Positions 19,445 to 27,187 of a stretch of DNA of 64,000 nucleotides are shown in pieces (position 1 is the stretch's first letter; every line of letters begins with the position of its first letter). The notes beneath the pieces are model-generated. The model was given only the letters and a program-made list of their open reading frames with translations. It did no database searches and was not told the DNA's origin. The position numbers were made by a program, and so were the translations under genes. Source of the stretch: an uncultured Ectothiorhodospiraceae bacterium (lineage in GTDB: Bacteria; Pseudomonadota; Gammaproteobacteria; Nitrococcales; Nitrococcaceae); contig CAJXKP010000010.1 in NCBI GenBank assembly GCA_913055565.1, forward strand, positions 3,267 through 67,266, written 5' to 3'.

Positions 19445-20155
19445 ATGGCATTACCAATGATGGCGGTTGAGGGCCTGCACAAAAACTTCACGCTCCACCG
19501 CCGAGAGCGTCTCAATTTGTCGGTCCTTACCGACGTTTCCCTGAGCGTTTACGCGGGGGAGTGTCTGGCCTTGTCAGGGCCGTCGGGCACCGGTAAGTCC
19601 ACCCTGTTGCGCTGCCTGTACAGTAATTACATCGCGCAACAAGGGCGTATCTTGTTGCGCCACAGTGGCGAATGGGTCGATATGGCCCAGGCAAAACCGC
19701 GCAAGATCCTTGCCGTACGCCGGTATACCCTGGGCTATATCAGCCAGTTCCTTCGTGTGGCGCCGCGCGTCAGCACGCTTGATCTAGTCGCCGAACCACT
19801 ACGGGCCCAGGGCGTGGCACCGAATGTAGCGAGGTCGCGGGCCGAGCGCATGCTGCAACGCCTCCGGCTGCCCGAGCCCTTATGGTCCCTGCCGCCGGAT
19901 ACCTTCTCCGGCGGTGAGCAGCAGCGCGTGAACATCGCTCGGGGACTGATTGCCGGTTTTCCGGTGCTCCTTGTGGACGAGCCGACGGCTTCGTTGGACG
20001 CAGATAATCGGGCCGCGGTGCTTGATTGCGTTAGCGAGGCCAAGCGAGCGGGCACGGCCATCCTCGGCATATTCCATGATGACGATGCCCGACAAGCGCT
20101 GTGTGACCGCACCTACGACATGGTTGCTGCTCAACCGGCGTCCTGCGCCGGATGA
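19445..20155 (+). CDS. phnL: C-P lyase system ATP-binding protein PhnL
   Basis: Walker A GPSGTGKSTLL, signature FSGGEQQRVNIAR, VLLVDEPTASLD. Follows phnK by 2 nt. Confidence 0.9.
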   Translation: MALPMMAVEGLHKNFTLHRRERLNLSVLTDVSLSVYAGECLALSGPSGTGKSTLLRCLYSNYIAQQGRILLRHSGEWVDMAQAKPRKILAVRRYTLGYISQFLRVAPRVSTLDLVAEPLRAQGVAPNVARSRAERMLQRLRLPEPLWSLPPDTFSGGEQQRVNIARGLIAGFPVLLVDEPTASLDADNRAAVLDCVSEAKRAGTAILGIFHDDDARQALCDRTYDMVAAQPASCAG

Positions 20156-20199
20156 GCCTGCCATGCCGGGCGGCACTGATGACGATGGGGTGGGGCTTG

Positions 20200-21009
20200 T
20201 TAAATAACGCGCCGGCGAATGGCCGAGGACAGCTGCTCGAAAATAAGCACGCAAACAAGGATGACGAGGATAATGGTCAACGCCTTGTTGTAATTAAACA
20301 GCCGCATTGCCGCCGATAGCTCGACACCGATGCCGCCGGCACCCACCAGTCCCAAAGTGACCGCGGAGCGCAGCGCCTTTTCCACGCTGTATAGGCTGGT
20401 AGCGGTCATGGAGGCCAGCGTCTCGGGCAGTATGGCGCCGCCGATAACGGATAAGCGGCCCGCGCCGGTGGAAGCCAGTGCTTCCGCTGGACCCGGATGC
20501 ACCTCCTCGATGCGTTCCGAGAAAAAGCGCGCCGCAAAGCCGACGGTATCCATGACGATGGCGAGCACACCCGCCAGCGGGCCGAGCCCCACCGTAGCGA
20601 CGAAGATAAGCGCCCAGACCAAATCCGGGATGGTACGCATGGAGGCGATCAGGAAGCGGGTTCCGATACGGATCAGGCTGTGCGGCGCGGTATTACGTGC
20701 CGCCAAAAAGGCAAACGGCACACTGAGGACCACCCCCGCGGTGACCCCAACGATGGCAATGTAGAGCGTTTCCAGCATCGCGCCCCCAATGACATCGAGG
20801 TCATCCAGTTTTGGCGGCAGCGCACGCCCGACGAAGTCCACGAGATTGACGGCGCCGCTGGCCAGCCGGGCAAGGGTGACGTCGGTTGCCATCACGCCCT
20901 TGGTGAGCAGACCCAGGAAGACAACAACAACGATGCAGGCGAACAGCGAGGGGCGCTGGTAGCGCGACGGCGGGGTCGGGGTGTTAGCGGCTTCTTGGTA
21001 CTGGCTCAT
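20200..21009 (-). CDS. PhnE-family ABC permease (second phosphonate/phosphite-type importer)
   Basis: Paralogous to 10810..11610 (...LETLYIAIVGVTAGVVLSVPFAFLAARNTAP...IPDLVWALIFV...). Start set at ATG 21009 (MSQYQEAANT...) to avoid overlap with the upstream ATPase. Confidence 0.85.
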   Translation of the reverse strand: MSQYQEAANTPTPPSRYQRPSLFACIVVVVFLGLLTKGVMATDVTLARLASGAVNLVDFVGRALPPKLDDLDVIGGAMLETLYIAIVGVTAGVVLSVPFAFLAARNTAPHSLIRIGTRFLIASMRTIPDLVWALIFVATVGLGPLAGVLAIVMDTVGFAARFFSERIEEVHPGPAEALASTGAGRLSVIGGAILPETLASMTATSLYSVEKALRSAVTLGLVGAGGIGVELSAAMRLFNYNKALTIILVILVCVLIFEQLSSAIRRRVI

Positions 21010-21028
21010 GGCTATTGGTCCTGTCTGG

Positions 21029-21832
21029 CTAAGCGGAGTAGGCGAGAGCGGTGTCGGCTGGCGTCGGCTGTTGTTCGTCAACACGAACCACGCCTTGGTA
21101 CAGCCCCGCCATGGTGTCGCGGTCCAGCTCATGACGCGGCGCATCCAGTTCGATACGACCGGCTTTCATGCCGACGACGCGGTCACCGTATTCACTGGCG
21201 AGTTCAAGCTGGTGGAGTGAGCAGAGCACTGTCATGCCACGCTCGCGAACGATGTCGATGAGCAGTTCCATAACGGCACGGCCAGCTCGCGGGTCGAGGC
21301 TGGCAACGGGTTCATCGGCGATGAGGACATCGGGTGCTTGAAGCAGCGTGCGGGCGATTGCCACGCGTTGTTGCTGGCCACCGGAGAGTTCGCGACAGGG
21401 TTGCGTCGCCTGATCCGCCAATCCGACACGGTCGAGGCATTGCATGGCCCGTTGCCGCAGGGACTGGGGAGCGAGGGCTTGGAGTGTCGTCGCCAAGCCG
21501 CCTGGTTGTTGACCCAACGCCCCATAGAGGACGTTCTGGAAAACGCTGACATTATCCACCAGGTTGAAGTGCTGGAATACCACGCCGATGCGTTGCCGTT
21601 GTCGGCGCAAACGCCGCCCACGGGTCTTCGCCATATCCTGATCCCCGACGACGACGGACCCCTGCTCCGGGTAGGTAAGCCCGTTGAGACAGCGCATGAG
21701 GGTGGACTTACCGCAACCGTTGGCACCGAGGAGTATCACGCACTCACCGGTGGGTATGGCGAGGTCGATACCGCGCAGCACGTGGATATCGTTAAACGAT
21801 TTATGGACATTCTGGATTTGGATATTGGCCAC
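21029..21832 (-). CDS. PhnC-family ABC ATP-binding protein (second system)
   Basis: Walker A GANGCGKSTLM, signature LSGGQQQRVAIAR, LIADEPVASLD. Confidence 0.88.
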   Translation of the reverse strand: MANIQIQNVHKSFNDIHVLRGIDLAIPTGECVILLGANGCGKSTLMRCLNGLTYPEQGSVVVGDQDMAKTRGRRLRRQRQRIGVVFQHFNLVDNVSVFQNVLYGALGQQPGGLATTLQALAPQSLRQRAMQCLDRVGLADQATQPCRELSGGQQQRVAIARTLLQAPDVLIADEPVASLDPRAGRAVMELLIDIVRERGMTVLCSLHQLELASEYGDRVVGMKAGRIELDAPRHELDRDTMAGLYQGVVRVDEQQPTPADTALAYSA

Positions 21833-21945
21833 AGTCGGACCCCCAAAAAATCAATCCCGGGGACCTAGTAAGGCCCCTCGGGATTGCCGTGTATGACGCC
21901 CGCCGGACGGTGGAGACGCGTCCGGCGGCGGCTTCGGCTACCGGC

Positions 21946-22842
21946 TTACAGGTCGATATCAGCCGCCTTGTAGGCCTCCTCGATGACGTCATAGTCATCG
22001 GCGGTCAGGCTGAAGCCGAGCTCGGAGTCGCGGTTGAGGAATTTCTCCTTGTTGCGCTCCGTGGTGATGAGCGCCTGCCACAAGGCGTCCTTGTTGTCCT
22101 TGAGGGTCTGTTGCAGCCGCGTCTTGCACTCAGATGCCACATCGCCGCGAATGACGACGGGGTCGCCCGGCAGCGGGTCGGACTCGGCGATGACGCGATA
22201 ATCGCCGTCGGGATCCAGCTCATTGCGGATCTGGTCGGCGTCGTCATTGCCGCCGCCCATGGCGTCTACATCGCCATTAATCAGGGCCTGTACGAAGGCG
22301 TCGCCGGCCATGGTGATATCCACATCCTTCTTAGGATCAAGCCCCGCCTCGACCATCATCATGCTCGGGATGATGTGGCCGCTCGTGGAGCCGACATCCT
22401 TGAGGGCGACATGCTTGCCCTTGAGGTCTTCCATGGAGCGGATGTCGCTGTCGGCCTTAACCAAGAAGGTTGAGCCGTAGTGCGGGCGTTTGATGTCGAA
22501 CAGGATATCGACACCGTCGTCGACTTTGCGCTCGAAGAGCACGAACTCGGACGGGCCCGCGAAGACGAGCTCGACCTCGTCATACTGCAGGGCGTTGCCG
22601 GCCGCCGTGCGGTTGCTGAGGCTGTACATCTCGAGCTCCAGGCCGGTGTGCTCCTGGAACGCCTCGCTGAAGGGACCAAAGGCCTCCTTGAGCGGCCCCA
22701 TACCGCGAATGCCGGTATCGGCCATGCGTATGGGATTCGGGCAGACATCGCTCAAGTCCGAGCTGGTGTCGGCCAGGGCGTTACTGGCCGGCATCACCGT
22801 GGCCAGCATGAGAAAAGCAGCGGTCACACTATTGCGCCACAT
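21946..22842 (-). CDS. PhnD/PtxB-family periplasmic substrate-binding protein (second system)
   Basis: VALKDVGSTSGHIIP motif. AGGAGA lies between the two candidate ATGs, so the start is set at 22842 (MWRNSVTAAFLMLATVMPASNALA signal peptide). Confidence 0.85.
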   Translation of the reverse strand: MWRNSVTAAFLMLATVMPASNALADTSSDLSDVCPNPIRMADTGIRGMGPLKEAFGPFSEAFQEHTGLELEMYSLSNRTAAGNALQYDEVELVFAGPSEFVLFERKVDDGVDILFDIKRPHYGSTFLVKADSDIRSMEDLKGKHVALKDVGSTSGHIIPSMMMVEAGLDPKKDVDITMAGDAFVQALINGDVDAMGGGNDDADQIRNELDPDGDYRVIAESDPLPGDPVVIRGDVASECKTRLQQTLKDNKDALWQALITTERNKEKFLNRDSELGFSLTADDYDVIEEAYKAADIDL

Positions 22843-22926
22843 TGATACGTCTCCTGAGTTCATCTTGGATTGATTAGGTGCCGTCCCTGGCGGGTCTTAC
22901 TGCACTGAGGAGCGAGCCAGCAGGCG

Positions 22927-23985
22927 TTAGAATTCGTAGATAGCGCCCACGCCGACGAGGTCGCCCGCGTCGTTGTCGCGGTCGAACCAGCCGGCCTCGC
23001 TGTAGAGCTTGAGGTTGCTGACGGGCTTGTAATCCGCGCCGACGGTGAATTCGGTGCGATCGTCGGCGTTGTCCGGGTCGACTTCTTGGGCTGCCGCATA
23101 GAGCTTGCCCGGCCCATAGTTGAACTTGCCGCGCAGCGCTACTCGAGTCGTATCCTGTAGGGCATCGTCGAATTCGTCGGCATTATCGAAGTTCGTCTCC
23201 GCGTATTTTGCTGCGAGCTGCGCGGGACCGACCGAGAAAGTCCCGGCTAGGCCGTAGGTCTCACCGTCGACGAATTGGTTGACTGCATCGGCAGTTTTGA
23301 CTTCGATCTGCTGCCCGCCTGTGCCCGTGAGCGTCGCGAATTGGGCGGCCTCTTCGGTGGCAGGGTTCGTAGCTAGGTCGTCGTAACCGGCGTAGATACC
23401 CCAGTTCTCGGCGGTATAGCCGCCAGCTAGGGCGAATCCGAGCTCGGTGTTGTCCTGGCTGTCTTCGGCCAGGTCATCGCCGTCGCCCACGAAACGTACC
23501 TGCGTACGGAAAGAGAAGCCGTTGAAGTTCGGGCTGTAGTAGGCGATGAGGTTGTCTTCCTCGGCCAGAGTCTCGTCGGAAATCTCGGCGATCTCGGCGA
23601 TCTCAGTGGCGTCGACGATTAGGTCCTCGTAGACGCTGTCGAAGCCGCCGCCCTGGATCTTGCCCCAGTCGCCTTTAAAGCCGAACGCGCCCTCGTCGAA
23701 AGTGAACGACGGCGAGGTGTCGTCGGATAGGAATTCGAACTCGCCGAAGGCGAAGACGGTGAGGTTGGAGTTAATGCGGGTCTCACCAGACATCCCGATG
23801 ATGGAGCCCTCGTCGGTGTAGTCCGTCTCGGAATTGCCATTGCCATTGGTGACGGACTTCACGCTCGGCTCGAAGCCGGCGTAGACGCCAACGCTGGTAT
23901 TGTCAGTGGGCTCGAACTCCATTGCCTGCGTTGCGGGTGCCATAGCGGCAGCCAGTACCAGGGCGCTGCTGGCGAGTTTATTCAA
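22927..23985 (-). CDS. outer-membrane porin, highly acidic, paralog of 4734..5753
   Basis: C-terminal ...VGAIYEF and shared blocks (FDSVYEDLIVDATEIAE, IAYYSPNFNGFSFRTQVR, YAGYDD). Start re-placed at TTG 23985, giving signal peptide (M)NKLASSALVLAAAMAPATQA, with AGGAGA 7 nt upstream. Confidence 0.85.
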   Translation of the reverse strand: MNKLASSALVLAAAMAPATQAMEFEPTDNTSVGVYAGFEPSVKSVTNGNGNSETDYTDEGSIIGMSGETRINSNLTVFAFGEFEFLSDDTSPSFTFDEGAFGFKGDWGKIQGGGFDSVYEDLIVDATEIAEIAEISDETLAEEDNLIAYYSPNFNGFSFRTQVRFVGDGDDLAEDSQDNTELGFALAGGYTAENWGIYAGYDDLATNPATEEAAQFATLTGTGGQQIEVKTADAVNQFVDGETYGLAGTFSVGPAQLAAKYAETNFDNADEFDDALQDTTRVALRGKFNYGPGKLYAAAQEVDPDNADDRTEFTVGADYKPVSNLKLYSEAGWFDRDNDAGDLVGVGAIYEF

Positions 23986-24399
23986 GGCTGTATCTCCTGT
24001 GCCGTTGGTTTGGTGGTCTTTCCACAGCAAAGGGCGTTGGCCCCTCGCGAATCACCGCGCACAGTGGAGTAGCGTTGTTACAGCGGAATGGAGCCCGAGT
24101 TACCGTTTTTTTAAGTTCGCCCGGCGGGCGGGGGATGATTGGCCGGTGGGCTCGGTTTTGCGAACGAACCGCGGTTATACGCGGTGGTTAGTACGGCCGG
24201 GGCAGTCGTGGGTAGGCAGTTACTTAGCTTGGCTCGGATGAGGATCGTCTCGCCGCACCGGGAGGGGGCGAGGCTTTTTGGGGGGTTAAAGACCCATCAG
24301 CGAGATACAACGGGTTGGTCGCGCCACGGACGGTTGTACGGAGGCGTTAGTGAATCAGGGCGCCAGTCGAGCGACTAAGCCGCTAACTATTGTTGTGGG

Positions 24400-25464
24400 T
24401 TACTTGCCGCTGTGAGCCGCGAGACGCTCGTCAGCGAGCTGCTCGGCGATGGTCTCGGGTGGGATGTTGTCGCGGTAGGCGCGTTCGAAGATGGTCCCCA
24501 GCGTGGTCTCGATGCCGGCGACGCGGCGGTCCACATCGGTGGCATCGAAGCCGTAGTATTGCGAGCCCACGTCGATGATGCCGCCGGCGTTGATCGCGAA
24601 GTCGGGGGCGTAGAGGATGCCGGCCTGCCACAGCGCGACGCCGTCCGCCGCGGTGGCGAGCTGGTTGTTGGCCGCTCCTGCGACGATGGAGCACTTCAGC
24701 TGCTGACGGGTTTGTGGGTTGATCGCGGCGCCAAGGGCGCAGGGGCTGACGACATCGGCGTCGTCGGCAAGGATGGCGTCGGCTGATAGCAAGCGGGCAT
24801 CGAGCTCGTCCGCGAGCGCCTGCGCCGATGCCGCGTGGATATCGGCGACGCTGAGCGCGACGCCGTCGGCGGCGAGGTGACGCGCCAGGCGGCGGCCCAC
24901 CGAACCCGTGCCTTGGATGGCGACGCGCAGGCCGCGCAGCTCGGGGCGCCCGAGTCGCGCGCGCACGCTCGCCCGGATGCCACGGTAGACGCCGTCCGCC
25001 GTGGCGGGCGAGGGGTCGCCGTCGTGGGCGGAGCCGTCGGTGCGCTGGTAGTCGCGAATGCCCACGACATGGGGCGTGACCTCGCCGAGGGTCCGTAGGT
25101 CGGCGACACTCATACCGGAATCCTCGGCCGTCACGTAGCGACCGCCCAGGTTGTCGATGACCCGGCCCATGGCGCGCATGAGCTCGGGTGTCTTGTGCTG
25201 GTTGGGGTCACCCATGATGACGGCCTTGCCCCCGCCCAAGGCCAATCCGGCGAGGGCGGATTTCTGCGTCATGCCGCGCGACAGGCGCAGGGCATCCGTT
25301 ACCGCTTCCGCCTCGCTGGCGTAGGGCCACATGCGGCAGCCGCCCATGGCCGGGCCCAGGCTGGTGTCGTGGATGGCGATCAACGCGCGCAGGTCCGTCG
25401 CGGGGTCGTGGCCGAAGACGAGCTGCTCGTGGCCGTCGAACTCCGGATGCGTGAAGACATCCAT
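24400..25464 (-). CDS. Leu/Phe/Val dehydrogenase (Glu/Leu/Phe/Val dehydrogenase family)
   Basis: EQLVFGHDPATDLRALIAIHDTSLGPAMGGCRMWPY...ALRLSRGMTQKSALAGLALGGGKAVI and the NAD-binding GTGSVG. Substrate not assignable. Confidence 0.85.
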   Translation of the reverse strand: MDVFTHPEFDGHEQLVFGHDPATDLRALIAIHDTSLGPAMGGCRMWPYASEAEAVTDALRLSRGMTQKSALAGLALGGGKAVIMGDPNQHKTPELMRAMGRVIDNLGGRYVTAEDSGMSVADLRTLGEVTPHVVGIRDYQRTDGSAHDGDPSPATADGVYRGIRASVRARLGRPELRGLRVAIQGTGSVGRRLARHLAADGVALSVADIHAASAQALADELDARLLSADAILADDADVVSPCALGAAINPQTRQQLKCSIVAGAANNQLATAADGVALWQAGILYAPDFAINAGGIIDVGSQYYGFDATDVDRRVAGIETTLGTIFERAYRDNIPPETIAEQLADERLAAHSGK

Positions 25465-25551
25465 GCGGCTACTCCGCCTCTTTCGAATCAGTTGATAAAC
25501 CCATTATGGTAACGCGGGCGCCACTGGGGCAGCAGCCTTGTGATCGGTGAG

Positions 25552-25719
25552 GCAGCCATTTTAATGATGTGGTCCCCAGGAGGGCGCGTGGTCGCGTTAC
25601 CCCCTGCCGAGGGACGCCATAAACCTTCCCTGGAGGCTCGACGGCGGCCCTCCCCGGCCGCAGACGCCCTCGTCAGGGGCTAACGCGACCACCTCGAAGG
25701 CCAACATGAGAATTGCTGG
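25552..25719 (+). repeat. long-hairpin intergenic repeat family, copy A
   Basis: Aligns without large gaps to 43896..44062 and 60048..60219. Arms GTGGTCGCGTTACCCCCTGCCGAGGG / CCCTCGTCAGGGGCTAACGCGACCAC flank a conserved core CCTTCCCTGGAGGCTCGACGGCGGCC. Conserved tail ACCTCGAAGGCCAACATGAGAATTGCTGG. Confidence 0.9.
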
Positions 25720-26077
25720 CCGTGAGGAGGATGGATTGACCCTAATCGCGGCGGTTTTGCTCTCGTTGGCGGCCTCGGTCGGTGTCGGTCTGGCCTGGCG
25801 GCATCTGCATCGGCGGCCGGTTTGGCTGGCCGCCGGGCTCGCCCATGCGGTGGTCGGGGTCCTCGGCGTCGGGGTCGCTACCGCGGCCGCGGTAGCGGCG
25901 AGCTCGGATTACCAGCTCAATAGCGCCCTGGTTTGCCTGGTCCTCGCCCTCATCGGCGGTGGCTTTATGCTCGTCTTCCGGCTGGAGGGCGATAGCGCGC
26001 CCGGGTTCATGATCCTGCTCCATGCCCTGGCGGCCCTGGGCGGGCTGGTGCTGGTCTGGCTGGCGGTGCTGGCCTGA
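25706..26077 (+). CDS. small integral membrane protein (4 predicted TM helices)
   Basis: Hydrophobic helices throughout. The track ATG 25706 lies inside repeat copy A. TTG 25736, preceded by GAGGAGG, is an equally plausible start. Confidence 0.55.
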   Translation: MRIAGREEDGLTLIAAVLLSLAASVGVGLAWRHLHRRPVWLAAGLAHAVVGVLGVGVATAAAVAASSDYQLNSALVCLVLALIGGGFMLVFRLEGDSAPGFMILLHALAALGGLVLVWLAVLA

Positions 26078-26206
26078 GTGGGGCCTGGGGCATGGCATCG
26101 AGGCCGCTTTAAGGCCGGTGCGCGGCGGGCTATATCGCCGGGGCGGCGGGCGCTAGAATAGCCCCAAGCGCCACGAGCCCGCGCCAGCGAATCAGGAGGA
26201 CGCTTG

Positions 26207-27172
26207 ATGCTTGGGACCGTTCGTCTAGTCGTTGCGGCGGCCTTGTTGGCGGCCGCGATGCCGGGCCTCGCCGAGCAGCGCTACATCACCATCGGCACCG
26301 GCGGTGTGACCGGGGTCTATTACCCAGCGGGCAGCGCGATGTGTCGTCTGGTGAACAAGGACACCGATCAGCACGGCTTTAGCTGCTCCGTGGAGAGCAC
26401 GGGTGGCTCCGTTTATAACCTCAACGTGCTGCGCCAGGGTAATCTCGACATGGGGATCGCCCAGTCCGACTGGCAGTACCACGCCTACCGCGGGACCAGC
26501 CGTTTCGCCGAGGACGGGGCCTTCGAGGGGCTACGCGCGGTCTTTTCACTGCATCCGGAGCCGCTGACCATCGTCGCGCGGGCCGATAGCGGGATTCGCT
26601 CGTTCGCCGATCTCAAGGGCGAGCGCGTGAACATCGGCAACCCGGGCTCCGGCCAGCGCGCCACCATGAAGACCGTTATGGAGGCCGTCGGCTGGAGCAA
26701 GGATGAGTTCGCGCTCGCCGCCGAGCTCAAGGCCAACGAGATGGCCTCCGCGCTGTGCGATAACAAGATCGATGCCTTCGCCTATGTGGTCGGCCATCCG
26801 GCGGGGGCGATCCAGAAGGCGACCACGGCCTGCGATGCGCGGCTGGTCGAGCTCGCCAGCGAGCCCATACGTCAGCTGGTCGCCGAGCGCCCCTTCTACG
26901 CCATGGCCCAGATCCCGGGCGATATGTATCGCGGCAATCCCGAGCCCACGACGACCTTCGGCGTCCGCGCCACCCTCGTGAGCTCGGCGGATGTCCCGGC
27001 GGACGCGGTCTACGCGCTGGTCTCCGCGGTCTTCGATAACTTCCAGGCCTTTCGCGGTCTCCACCCGGCCTTCGAGGTCCTCGAGCGCGAGGCCATGACC
27101 CGGGAGGCGATCAGCATCCCCCTCCACGAGGGGGCCAAGCGTTATTACCGCGAGCAGGGGCTGATCGACTGA
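26207..27172 (+). CDS. TAXI-family TRAP transporter solute-binding protein
   Basis: ITIGTGGVTGVYYPAGSAMCRLVN...GGSVYNLNVLRQGNLDMGIAQSD is typical of the TAXI/immunogenic-protein family. ATG 26207 lies 6 nt after AGGAGGA. Confidence 0.88.
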   Translation: MLGTVRLVVAAALLAAAMPGLAEQRYITIGTGGVTGVYYPAGSAMCRLVNKDTDQHGFSCSVESTGGSVYNLNVLRQGNLDMGIAQSDWQYHAYRGTSRFAEDGAFEGLRAVFSLHPEPLTIVARADSGIRSFADLKGERVNIGNPGSGQRATMKTVMEAVGWSKDEFALAAELKANEMASALCDNKIDAFAYVVGHPAGAIQKATTACDARLVELASEPIRQLVAERPFYAMAQIPGDMYRGNPEPTTTFGVRATLVSSADVPADAVYALVSAVFDNFQAFRGLHPAFEVLEREAMTREAISIPLHEGAKRYYREQGLID

Positions 27173-27187
27173 CGAGGCGCTGGCGTC

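Noticed and set aside
24255-24292. Hairpin CTCGCC...GGCGAG followed by GCTTTTTGGGG (plus-strand terminator look-alike)
   Set aside because: There is no plus-strand gene upstream to terminate. On the minus strand (downstream of the dehydrogenase gene) the T run is on the wrong side. It is likely fortuitous.
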